A stretch of DNA of 32,000 bases. Source: Desulfocapsa sulfexigens DSM 10523. GTDB lineage: Bacteria > Desulfobacterota > Desulfobulbia > Desulfobulbales > Desulfocapsaceae. Below, piece after piece: positions 9,407-18,358 of this stretch. Location of the stretch: the NCBI RefSeq assembly GCF_000341395.1, contig NC_020304.1:2700001-2732000 (forward strand). Direction: 5' to 3'. The number at the start of each line of letters is the position of its first letter. Position 1 is the stretch's first letter. Under the pieces are notes generated by a model. That model was not told where the DNA came from, made no database searches, and saw nothing but the letters and a program-made list of their open reading frames with translations. The position numbers and the translations under genes are program-made.

Positions 9407-10956
9407 GTCATTTAGAAACGTTATCAGATCAAATCGTTTCGTATGGTGTTCGCCATGTTTTTGGTATACCAGGCAGTGGACCGAGCTTAACACTTATTGA
9501 TCATCTTTGTAAGAAAGGGGTGAACTTTCACCTCGTTCATTTTGAAGGCTGTGCTGCAATTATGGCCGGTACTGTTGGTCGTCTTAGTGGAAAATGTGGT
9601 GTTAGTGTTGGGATAAAAGGGCCGGGACTAGCCAATATGATTCCGGGAATTGCTGCTTGTTCTCTGGAATCACTACCTGCTGTAAATATAACCGAAGCTT
9701 ATTTACCAGATGCACCACTCTCTTCTGCGCATAAAAGAATTGATCACTCAAACTTAGTGTCATCTGTTGTAAAGGAATCTTCGTATTGGTCAGAAAGTGG
9801 CAGCAGTTTCCAGCAGCTGGCTGAAAATGCTGAAGCTGAATGTCCGGGACCGGTGCACATGAATATCACTGGTAGTGACCCTGGACGAAAGATGGAACGA
9901 GTGTTCCAGAAAGATAGTATCATTGAAACCAATGACGATATCTCGCAACTACTCGAAAAATCACTCTATCCAGTGCTTATTGTTGGTTCATTAGCAATTC
10001 GAGAGGGGTTGAGTGCATTTTTAAATTTATTGAAAGTTCCCGTGTTTACAACGGCCTCTGCGAAAGGTGTTGTGAATGAAACATTACCACATGCTGCAGG
10101 TGTTTTTACGGGTGCAGGTCTGGAGTTATCTCCTGAGGTAACTGTGCTTCCAAAGGCAGATCTTGTTATTGCAATTGGACTCAGGCATAATGAGGTTTTA
10201 TCAGTTAAGAAATTTGGGTGTAAAAGTATTTTACTTGATCCGCTTGGGAATTCATCTTCCGGTGGATTTGCTTTTCCGGTTATTACATGGATGTATTCAA
10301 GAAAGCTTTGGAATGAGCTTTGGGATCAGTTGGAAGAAAAAGATTGGGGTAGAGATGAAATAGCCAAATCAAAAAAGAATTTAAATAGCTATCTATTGGC
10401 TGGAGATCTTCTGCCAGCAAATATCTTTCAAGCTGTTGACATGCATTTTGCGGGAAAAGCTCGAATTGTTGTTGATACAGGTCTATTCTGTACCGTAGCT
10501 GAGCATATATGGTCAGCAATTTCTCCGTCTATGTATATAAGTTCCGGGCAAGGAAGGTATATGGGGATAAGTCTTCCCCAGGGCGTTGCGGCGGCACTTT
10601 TTGATTCAACAGTGCCTACCGTGATATTTTGTGGTGATGGCAGTGTCGGCATGTTTATTGCCGAATTGAAAATTGCAATTGCAAATGCGTTGCCCCTGAT
10701 CATTGTTTTGCTCAGTGATGGAAAATTCGGGACATTAAGAGGGAGAGCTTTAAAAGATGGATTAACGGAAAAACCGTTAACTGTTTTCTCACCTTCCTGG
10801 GTGTCTACGATGGAAGGACTTGGAATACACTCGGTCTATGCTGAATCTGTTGAGAAATGTCACCAAGTTCTTGGCGAATGGGATGGCAACCCGCTTTTTA
10901 TTGAAGTTTTGTTCGACTCTGATGAATATGCACGAATGACCGAGAAAGTTCGTTAA
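9403..10956 (+). CDS. Thiamine pyrophosphate-dependent enzyme, acetolactate synthase-like
   Basis: YGVRHVFGIPGSGPSLTLIDHL; HFEGCAAIMAGTVGRLSGKCGVSVGIKGPGLANMIPG; ThDP-binding region IFCGDGSVGMFIAELKIAIANALPLIIVLLSD. Overlaps the previous gene by ATGA. Confidence 0.88.
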   Translation: MSHLETLSDQIVSYGVRHVFGIPGSGPSLTLIDHLCKKGVNFHLVHFEGCAAIMAGTVGRLSGKCGVSVGIKGPGLANMIPGIAACSLESLPAVNITEAYLPDAPLSSAHKRIDHSNLVSSVVKESSYWSESGSSFQQLAENAEAECPGPVHMNITGSDPGRKMERVFQKDSIIETNDDISQLLEKSLYPVLIVGSLAIREGLSAFLNLLKVPVFTTASAKGVVNETLPHAAGVFTGAGLELSPEVTVLPKADLVIAIGLRHNEVLSVKKFGCKSILLDPLGNSSSGGFAFPVITWMYSRKLWNELWDQLEEKDWGRDEIAKSKKNLNSYLLAGDLLPANIFQAVDMHFAGKARIVVDTGLFCTVAEHIWSAISPSMYISSGQGRYMGISLPQGVAAALFDSTVPTVIFCGDGSVGMFIAELKIAIANALPLIIVLLSDGKFGTLRGRALKDGLTEKPLTVFSPSWVSTMEGLGIHSVYAESVEKCHQVLGEWDGNPLFIEVLFDSDEYARMTEKVR

Positions 10957-11133
10957 GTTGCGGTTCGTCAGTGACTATTGTTTTTTCTGTGAGTTTCTTC
11001 TAATACTGTTTTTGTTATATCCTTTGTTATTGTTATATATATTTCTTTCTTGTCACTTGTTCAGAGTTCGATATAAAATTATGCTTTCTGAATTTTCTTT
11101 TTTCCATCTCTGTACGTCAGGAGAAAAAAACTA

Positions 11134-12510
11134 ATGGGAACGAAAAGCATTTCGAGACGACCTTGGCTTCTTTTGCCGATAGAAGTCAAAAATCGAGAGC
11201 TAGATGCCAAAGTCATGCTGTCATGCATTGGTGCTGCACGCGGTTTTGGGGTGCTGTTTGGACGGAATGGTTTTAATCTGAATGGAAAGTTTCCTCGCGG
11301 AGTCTATCTGGATAAGTGTATTTCCCCCTATAAACTTGATGTTCTTACTAAGCAGGTTAAAACTTTAGGCAATAAACTCGCTATTCTTGATGAAGAAGGA
11401 TTAGTATATCAGTCTAAGAAATTATATATTGCCAATCGCACATCAAGAGCGACTGTAGATTTGGCATCATTGATATTTACCTGGGGAGATGCCCAATTAC
11501 AGGTGATTGATAATGAGTACGGTATCCCAGACAAAGTTATCTCAACAGGTTCAACTAGAGCAGATCTCTGGCAAAAAGAATGGCATCAAGTTTATGAAAA
11601 AGAAGTAGAGAGTATTACAGAGCAAATAGGTGAATTTATTTTGATACCAGCGAATTTTTCACCTGCCCACCATGTAGATCCTATAAATTTCTCTTTAAGT
11701 AAAAGAGGATATACTGAACAGAACAAGAATAGTAAGAAACTGACATTTAAAGAAGATCGGTATCTGTTTCGAGAAAAGATTTTTAATAAATTTGTCGAAC
11801 TTATTGGCGCCATAGCCGAGGCTAGTCCTGATCTTACCGTTGTTCTGCGGCCTCATCCCAATGATGATTTAAAAGTCTGGGCTAAGTTTAAAAAAAACTG
11901 GCCTGAAAATGTAAAAATTATCTATGACGGGAATGTTTCACCTTGGATAATAGCCTCGAAAATTTTAATTCACAACAGCTGTACAACTGGGGTTGAGGCA
12001 TTTGCCATGGGAAAACCAACCATTGCTTATATGCCATATTTTGATAAACGATATGAACAGAACATTCCTAATCCACTTAGCCAGAAGAGTAGTACTGTGG
12101 AAGGTGTGCTGCAGCTTATACAGAATAATCTTGAGAAGAAAGGGCTTGGGAAGGAAAATGAAAAAATAGAATTATATAACTATCATATTAGAAATGACAA
12201 AAACATTCTTGCTGGAGATCGAATGTTTGACGCATTGGAAAAGTTGAATTTGCCAGAAAGTGAATTTAAATATTCAAGCTACGGGTTGACACAGAAAATT
12301 TGTGTAGTGGCGAGAAGGGTAAATCGACGAATAGGGGATTTTACAGGAAAACATGAATTCTCTTATGCATACAGAAAACAGAAAAATCCCGGGATTTCGC
12401 TGGAAGAAATCCAGAGTTTGGTCGGACGTTATAAGAAAATTATGAATAGATGGGATAATGTTCTGGTAGAACAGGTTGGAGAGGATTTGTTTTGTTTTTA
12501 TTGTCCCTGA
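11134..12510 (+). CDS. 'Surface carbohydrate biosynthesis protein' family (GT-B-like, putative glycosyltransferase)
   Basis: PWLLLPIEVKNRELDAKVMLSCIGAARGFGVLFGR; TGSTRADLW; FILIPANFSPAHHVD; VVLRPHPNDDLKVW; ILIHNSCTTGVEAFAMGKPTIAYMP. Confidence 0.75.
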   Translation: MGTKSISRRPWLLLPIEVKNRELDAKVMLSCIGAARGFGVLFGRNGFNLNGKFPRGVYLDKCISPYKLDVLTKQVKTLGNKLAILDEEGLVYQSKKLYIANRTSRATVDLASLIFTWGDAQLQVIDNEYGIPDKVISTGSTRADLWQKEWHQVYEKEVESITEQIGEFILIPANFSPAHHVDPINFSLSKRGYTEQNKNSKKLTFKEDRYLFREKIFNKFVELIGAIAEASPDLTVVLRPHPNDDLKVWAKFKKNWPENVKIIYDGNVSPWIIASKILIHNSCTTGVEAFAMGKPTIAYMPYFDKRYEQNIPNPLSQKSSTVEGVLQLIQNNLEKKGLGKENEKIELYNYHIRNDKNILAGDRMFDALEKLNLPESEFKYSSYGLTQKICVVARRVNRRIGDFTGKHEFSYAYRKQKNPGISLEEIQSLVGRYKKIMNRWDNVLVEQVGEDLFCFYCP

Positions 12511-12559
12511 TACCGTGTTGTTTGAGAGTTGAAACCGAATTTTTTCACAGAGGTAGCTG

Positions 12560-13348
12560 ATGCAAAAAGATTCTATAACGTTGAAGAGTAAATTGCAGTC
12601 TGGTCAATTGACTTTAGGGTCTTGGATTACTCTTGGTCATCCTGCCATTGCGGAAATATTTGCTGGTGCTGGATATGACTGGTTAGTGGTTGATCTTGAG
12701 CACAGTACCATTTCTATGGAACAGGCTGGAGAGCTGATCAGGATAATAGACCTTGCTGGAGTTGCTCCTCTTGTGAGATTAACGTCTAATGAACCAAACC
12801 AGATAAAACGTATCATGGACGCAGGTGCACATGGTATTGTTGTCCCAATGGTTAACTCGCCAGAGGATGCCGTCAAAGCTGTTGCGGCTACACGTTATGC
12901 CCCACTGGGGATACGTGGTGTCGGGTTGGCACGGGCTCAAAAATATGGTGCCGGTTTTCAGGATTATCTGGAATGGCAAAAAGATGGGCCGGTGGTCATT
13001 GTCCAGATAGAGCATAAATTGGCCTTGGATGTATTGGATTCTATTTTGTCGGTAAAGGGTGTCGACGGATTTATTATAGGTCCGTATGACTTGTCGTGCT
13101 CGATGGGAATTCCAGGAGAGTTCGAACAGCCTGAATTCCTAGACGCCATGGATTTCATTAAAAACACAGGAGAACGGTTGAAGTGTCCTGGAGGAATACA
13201 TATTGTTGAGCCAGACCAAGAACGCTTGAGACAGGCCATTGGAGATGGGTACCGCTTCATTGCTTATAGTGTAGATATTAGGATGCTTGATGTCTCAGCT
13301 CGAATAGGGGTAAAGAGTGTACTGACCAATAAGGATTCTAACGGTTAA
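12560..13348 (+). CDS. HpcH/HpaI aldolase family protein (2-oxo-3-deoxy acid aldolase-like)
   Basis: LGSWITLGHPAIAEIFAGAGYDWLVVDLEHSTISMEQ; IKRIMDAGAHGIVVPMVNSPEDAVKAVAATRYAPLGIRGVGLARAQKYG; VQIEHKLALDVLDSILSVKGVDGFIIGPYDLSCSMGIPG. Confidence 0.9.
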   Translation: MQKDSITLKSKLQSGQLTLGSWITLGHPAIAEIFAGAGYDWLVVDLEHSTISMEQAGELIRIIDLAGVAPLVRLTSNEPNQIKRIMDAGAHGIVVPMVNSPEDAVKAVAATRYAPLGIRGVGLARAQKYGAGFQDYLEWQKDGPVVIVQIEHKLALDVLDSILSVKGVDGFIIGPYDLSCSMGIPGEFEQPEFLDAMDFIKNTGERLKCPGGIHIVEPDQERLRQAIGDGYRFIAYSVDIRMLDVSARIGVKSVLTNKDSNG

Positions 13349-13412
13349 TGTGTGAGAGCTGATCCTTCAGGTAGGTTGGTTTTGCTATGTTTAGTCCACA
13401 AGAGAATCTTAT

Positions 13413-14561
13413 TTGAGTAAGAATAAGATAATACAAGAGATAACATCTCACCCGGCGCAACTACCAGCGGCAGGGACTGGTCTCATTGGTATCCTGTCAT
13501 CTTTTAACTTTGTCCATCTGATTCTTTCATTTGTTGTATCTGTTCTGTTTATTTGGTGTGTTGGATATTTCTTTTGTGATTCTCTACGACCATTCCAATA
13601 CGACTCAAGTTTAAAAAAATATATTCATACTCCCCATATTTTCTATAAGCAACGTAGCGAGGGGTTTGCTCAAACGCATAAAGGTTTGTTCGGGATCAAT
13701 GCAATCCCAGACATAACGAAGGTACGAGGAAATAAAATTGTTGTCTGGGGAGATTCTTATGTGGAAGCTCACCAAGTAAATGACAGTGAGAAAATACCTC
13801 AGGTGATTACCAGGAAACTCAATGAAAGAGGTCTCGGACAGCAATTAATGTCCTTCGGAATCGGTATGAGTGGGGACAGTGTTGCTGATTATTTTTTTGA
13901 AATCCCCAGGTATGAGCATTTGGTCAAAGATATCGCTGCTCATTACATTGTGATAACAAACAGTAAAGATATATTGCCAGACCAGCCAACAGACAATAAA
14001 AAGGGGCTGTTTAAGTCGAACCCTTTTGGTTTGTATGAGGATAACTGGAGTCCTAAGTATCAAAATATTAAAAATGTTTTTTCTCATCTCAACCTTTCAT
14101 TTGTCTGGCAGCCAGCTTTGTCAGCACTTTCTGCTCCAGAAAGACTTCACTTTTTGCCAAATATACAAAAAACAGAGGATGCTGCAGCGCCGTTCAATAA
14201 GGATGTACCTTCAAATAAATTCCTTATTGATTCGTGGTCCTTTTTATTGAAAAATCTAAGAAACCAGACAAAAGTCCCTATAATCTTTGTGTATGCTCCT
14301 GGAGTACCCAAAATTATAAAGGGGGAAATTTCTGATTATGATGAAAACGCAATTCAAATAGCATTGTTTGCCGATATTGCGAAGGGTTATGGTATTGAAT
14401 TAGTAGACACTACATATAAATTTGTGAAATTTAACAGAGACACAGGACTCTTCCCGCGAGGATTCTCAAATTCTAAACCAAGTGAAGGGCATTTCAATAG
14501 GGATGGAAACGATATTGTTGCAACAATGATAATGGACCACTTTCTTAAAGAAGAGATGTAG
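13413..14561 (+). CDS. Membrane-anchored SGNH/GDSL-type protein, probable partner of the adjacent MBOAT acyltransferase
   Basis: N-terminal hydrophobic segment; KIVVWGDSYVEAHQVND block; C-terminal PSEGHFNRDGNDIVATMI (D..H-like catalytic block); 4 bp before the MBOAT gene. Confidence 0.65.
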   Translation: MSKNKIIQEITSHPAQLPAAGTGLIGILSSFNFVHLILSFVVSVLFIWCVGYFFCDSLRPFQYDSSLKKYIHTPHIFYKQRSEGFAQTHKGLFGINAIPDITKVRGNKIVVWGDSYVEAHQVNDSEKIPQVITRKLNERGLGQQLMSFGIGMSGDSVADYFFEIPRYEHLVKDIAAHYIVITNSKDILPDQPTDNKKGLFKSNPFGLYEDNWSPKYQNIKNVFSHLNLSFVWQPALSALSAPERLHFLPNIQKTEDAAAPFNKDVPSNKFLIDSWSFLLKNLRNQTKVPIIFVYAPGVPKIIKGEISDYDENAIQIALFADIAKGYGIELVDTTYKFVKFNRDTGLFPRGFSNSKPSEGHFNRDGNDIVATMIMDHFLKEEM

Positions 14562-14565
14562 CAGT

Positions 14566-15966
14566 ATGGTATTTACACAGGTTGAGTTTGTTGTATTTGT
14601 GCTTGGTGTAGTGTCTCTAATGTGTTTTCTGAAGAGTATAGTTCTGAAGAAAATAACCATACTTTTGTCAAGTTTGTATTTTTATGCATACTTTGATTAC
14701 AGATTACTGATTGTACTCGTTTTATCTGTTTTTTGTACCCATATTTCCGGTAGTTTAATAAATAGGTCAAAACAACCTGTTTATAAAAAGATATCGTTGA
14801 TAGCCGGAGTTGGTCTGAATCTTGGCGCATTGTTATATTTTAAATATTATAATTTTTTTATTCATCAAATAAATGATCTGTTTTTATTAGACGAATCTTC
14901 TTTAAACACTATAAAAATAGTAGTTCCTCTAGGAATTTCATTTTATACGTTTAGATTTATCAGCTACCTGGTGGATGTCTACAGGGGAGATATGTCTCCT
15001 TGCCGTTTATTTGATTTCACCATATATGGTCTGTTTTTCCCTGTTATTATCTCCGGTCCAATTTCCAGAGCAGTTCACTTTATCCCGCAATTAGAGCGAA
15101 TCTCCATATCTAAAAACAATCTGTATCTGGGATATCGCTTGTTTGTTATCGGTCTGTTTCTCAAGGTTTTTGTTGCGGACAGAATTGCATATTATGTCAA
15201 TTATTTCTATGCAAACTATGAAATATTTGACACAGCTACAACCTGGCTGGCCGTTATCGTCTATAGTATCCAGATTTATTGTGATTTCGCCGGATATTCC
15301 AGCATGGCTATCGGAGTAGCGTATTTAATCGGGATACGTATTGAAGATAATTTCAATTTCCCCTATTTGGCCAATAATATTCAGGAATTTTGGAAAAGGT
15401 GGCATATGACTTTATCTGAATGGATAAAAGACTATTTATATATACCACTAGGGGGAAGTCGAAAAGGGGGAAGACGAAAATGTATTAATTTATTGATAGT
15501 CATGACGTTATGCGGCTTTTGGCATGGCTCTTCATGGACATTTGTGCTGTGGGGAATGCTTCATGGGGCAATGCTGATTGCTAATTATGGTTGGCAATTG
15601 TCAAATTGTAGAACTTTTTGTACAACTTTGCCACGTCTCTTCTCCCTCATCTCTCAAGTAGTAACCTTTGTCAGCGTTACCATCTGTTGGATCTTTTTCC
15701 GCTCCACGGATTTGCACCAATCTTTTGAAATAATAAAGAAATTATTTCTGTTTCGGAACGACGGTTATTTGTTTTGGGCTCAGCCCTTTGTTCTATTTGT
15801 TGTAGTGGCTACGTTATTCTTCCATTTATTATCAAATATGAAGGTAAAATTTATTTCTCTTCCGGTTGATAATAAAGTGACCCCAACTATCCTGTTTTGC
15901 CTTCTCTGGCTTGTTGTTGTTTTTTTTCCGAAAGAACTTGAGCCATTTGTTTATCTTCAGTTTTGA
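14566..15966 (+). CDS. MBOAT-family O-acyltransferase (AlgI/DltB-like)
   Basis: IVVPLGISFYTFRFISYLVDVYRG; YCDFAGYSSMAIGVAYLIGIRIEDNFNFPYLANNIQEFWKRWHMTLSEWIKDYLYIPLGGSRKG; GFWHGSSWTFVLWGMLHG. Confidence 0.95.
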   Translation: MVFTQVEFVVFVLGVVSLMCFLKSIVLKKITILLSSLYFYAYFDYRLLIVLVLSVFCTHISGSLINRSKQPVYKKISLIAGVGLNLGALLYFKYYNFFIHQINDLFLLDESSLNTIKIVVPLGISFYTFRFISYLVDVYRGDMSPCRLFDFTIYGLFFPVIISGPISRAVHFIPQLERISISKNNLYLGYRLFVIGLFLKVFVADRIAYYVNYFYANYEIFDTATTWLAVIVYSIQIYCDFAGYSSMAIGVAYLIGIRIEDNFNFPYLANNIQEFWKRWHMTLSEWIKDYLYIPLGGSRKGGRRKCINLLIVMTLCGFWHGSSWTFVLWGMLHGAMLIANYGWQLSNCRTFCTTLPRLFSLISQVVTFVSVTICWIFFRSTDLHQSFEIIKKLFLFRNDGYLFWAQPFVLFVVVATLFFHLLSNMKVKFISLPVDNKVTPTILFCLLWLVVVFFPKELEPFVYLQF

Positions 15967-16041
15967 TGTATTGTTGCTGATTTTGTTTAAGTGCCTCGGT
16001 TGAGGTAATGACTTTTATATGAATTGAGGTGAAAATTTAAG

Positions 16042-16812
16042 ATGAATGTAATCGGAATTATACCCGCACGACTTGGGGCATCACGGTTTCCAGGTAAGCC
16101 TCTGGAAAAAATGCTTGGGATGCCAATGGTTGGCCATTGTTACCATCGTACACATTTGGCTCCTGGTATCGATAACACCTATGTGGCAACTTGTGATGAA
16201 GCTATTGCAGATTATATCCGTTCTATTGGAGGAAATGCTGTGATGACTTCAGTTAAACATACTCGTGCGACAACGCGTACAGCTGAAGCTCTTGAAATTA
16301 TTGAAAAGGAGACAGGTAAGAGAGTTGATATTGTTGTTATGGTCCAGGGGGATGAACCTCTGATTTCTCCTGAAACAATAGGTGCAACAGTTTGTAGGTT
16401 CGACGATGATTCTGTTGACATTGTTAATGTGATGTCACGATTGCAAACACTTGAGGCATTTGAAGATCACAATAATGTAAAGGTTGTTGTTGATATTAAC
16501 AGTAACGCTCTGTATTTCTCCCGCGAAGCCATTCCTTCTCCCTGGAAGGGATGGGAACATATCCCGCGTTATATGCAGACCGGTATTATTGCGTTTCGGA
16601 GAGATACGTTGATTGCGTTTAATTCCATGGAAGAAACTTCTCTTGAACAGATTGAATCTGTTGATATGAACCGTGTTCTTGAAACGGGTGGGAAAATTCG
16701 TATGACTTTGACCGAATCTCAAACGATTGGCGTTGATACCCGGGAAGAATTGATAGCGGCTGAAAAATTGCTTCGATTGGATTCAGTGGTAGAAAAATAT
16801 CTTGCTGTATAG
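16042..16812 (+). CDS. kdsB: CMP-KDO synthetase-like cytidylyltransferase (KdsB family)
   Basis: MNVIGIIPARLGASRFPGKPLEKMLGMPMVGHCYHR; VQGDEPLISPETI; YFSREAIPSPWKG; IGVDTREELIAAE. Confidence 0.85.
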   Translation: MNVIGIIPARLGASRFPGKPLEKMLGMPMVGHCYHRTHLAPGIDNTYVATCDEAIADYIRSIGGNAVMTSVKHTRATTRTAEALEIIEKETGKRVDIVVMVQGDEPLISPETIGATVCRFDDDSVDIVNVMSRLQTLEAFEDHNNVKVVVDINSNALYFSREAIPSPWKGWEHIPRYMQTGIIAFRRDTLIAFNSMEETSLEQIESVDMNRVLETGGKIRMTLTESQTIGVDTREELIAAEKLLRLDSVVEKYLAV

Positions 16813-16960
16813 TTAATTGTCCTGATCTATTAACGAGAAATTGTGCAAGCAGTAATAGAGGATGCTTGCAAAATAAATTTATACCAAGGATACATTTTGT
16901 CATGAAGCTACCTGCAGAAGGTATGTGCTCATTATACGAATTCAAAACAAAGGACTAATT

Positions 16961-17647
16961 ATGAGCATAAATTTAAGTGAGTTATCTGATTTTAATACAA
17001 AGAACTGGGACGAATATTATAAGAACAATGTAGGTGTTGAATATCCACATGAACAGTTAATAATATATGTTAACTACCTTAAACATGAGATTGGTAGTTC
17101 TGGTGAACCAAAAGCCTTGGAAACAGGATTTGGTTCAATAGCTGACATGCGTTTTTTACATAGAATGAACTATGAAGTCTATGGCTTAGAAGTATCTCAG
17201 ACAGCTGTTGAAAAAGGATTGTTAGGATGTGAGAAATATAAGATTAAATTGAATCTACAACATTGGACGCCACCTGTGTTGCCTTTTGAAAATGACTTCT
17301 TTGATTTGTTTTGCAGTTCTAATTCAATTCATTTCAACCTTGATCAAGATCTAATATTATCGGAAATAAAGCGAGTTTTAAAGATCGGTGGACATTTGTA
17401 TACAACCTACCTTGCTCCTGGTCATAAATTCATTGATAAATCAAAATATATTGGTGATGATTTAATTCAGTTCACCGACGATCACTATGTTTTGAAGATG
17501 AGAAAAATGGTTATGCGATACTATGACCAATCATCAAAATTAGAAAAGCTATATTCAAAGTATTTCAAGGAGGTAAGAGTTACACGGTTAGAATATAATA
17601 TACTGGATGCACCGAATGCATATTGGATTGTAACAGCTACAAATTAA
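16961..17647 (+). CDS. Class I SAM-dependent methyltransferase
   Basis: ATG at 16961 preceded by AGGA; NWDEYYKNNVGVEYPHEQLIIYVNYL; ALETGFGSIADMRFL; LPFENDFFDLFCSSNSIHFN. The provided start at 16925 is less likely. Confidence 0.72.
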   Translation: MSINLSELSDFNTKNWDEYYKNNVGVEYPHEQLIIYVNYLKHEIGSSGEPKALETGFGSIADMRFLHRMNYEVYGLEVSQTAVEKGLLGCEKYKIKLNLQHWTPPVLPFENDFFDLFCSSNSIHFNLDQDLILSEIKRVLKIGGHLYTTYLAPGHKFIDKSKYIGDDLIQFTDDHYVLKMRKMVMRYYDQSSKLEKLYSKYFKEVRVTRLEYNILDAPNAYWIVTATN

Positions 17648-18188
17648 AAAATTGCGAGTCAATAAAATAATAAGAATATGTCCATGACTATAATGGCTGA
17701 TATCTTCTAAATATTTTCAACATTAACAATTGGGAATTTTGCCTCTGGATTTACCCTGAATCTACTAAAGTGAATGTTGATCAAGATATACCAAAAAAGC
17801 AGCGTACTTTCTAAAAGGGGCAATATGGATACGCTGTGATAGGAAATCTGAACAGCTATAGCAAAACATTGCTGAACCAGATGGGTACTTATTGAACAAA
17901 ACCTATTCATGGGGCACTAGATGTCCGGTGTTGCCAGGAATGTAAAGTAATAGCAACCACGGACTCAAATCGTTTTCTGTCCGTGGCTAGAAATTCGGTT
18001 AACAGGAAATATCCAGTAAGCCCCCCACAAAAGTTCTTGATAAGCTTATGATGTTGGCGTTTGTTTAGGAGATTCCTTCTCACGGAAGTTAGTAAGAAAC
18101 ATTTGTCAACTGGCCTGATTCCCCCTCTGGTCGTGGAAGCAATATTGGGCCAATTGAGAATTTTGTCACCGCTACTGCCGACCGACCT

Positions 18189-18219
18189 AACATCAAGGAA
18201 ACAATGTTTCCTTGATGTT
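18189..18219. repeat. Perfect 14-bp inverted repeat with 3-nt loop
   Basis: AACATCAAGGAAAC AAT GTTTCCTTGATGTT, in the ~700-bp gap upstream of the oxidoreductase gene. Confidence 0.85.
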
Positions 18220-18358
18220 TATTGTGGATTTGATTAACAAGGATACAATTCATTATAAACGTGATTCTCGGAGTTTTGAATGGACCTGATTTCGTTTTTT
18301 TGAGGCTTCTCGTTAGGATCAGATTCTGTGCAGTAAATTCTTTCAAAAATGATAAAAT

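Noticed and set aside
16435-16945. Overlapping minus-strand ORFs of 95 and 108 aa
   Set aside because: Antisense to kdsB-like gene and its 3' flank; no recognisable motif.
17707-18346. Minus-strand ORFs of 67 and 85 aa in the gap
   Set aside because: No recognisable motif; cannot distinguish from chance open frames.
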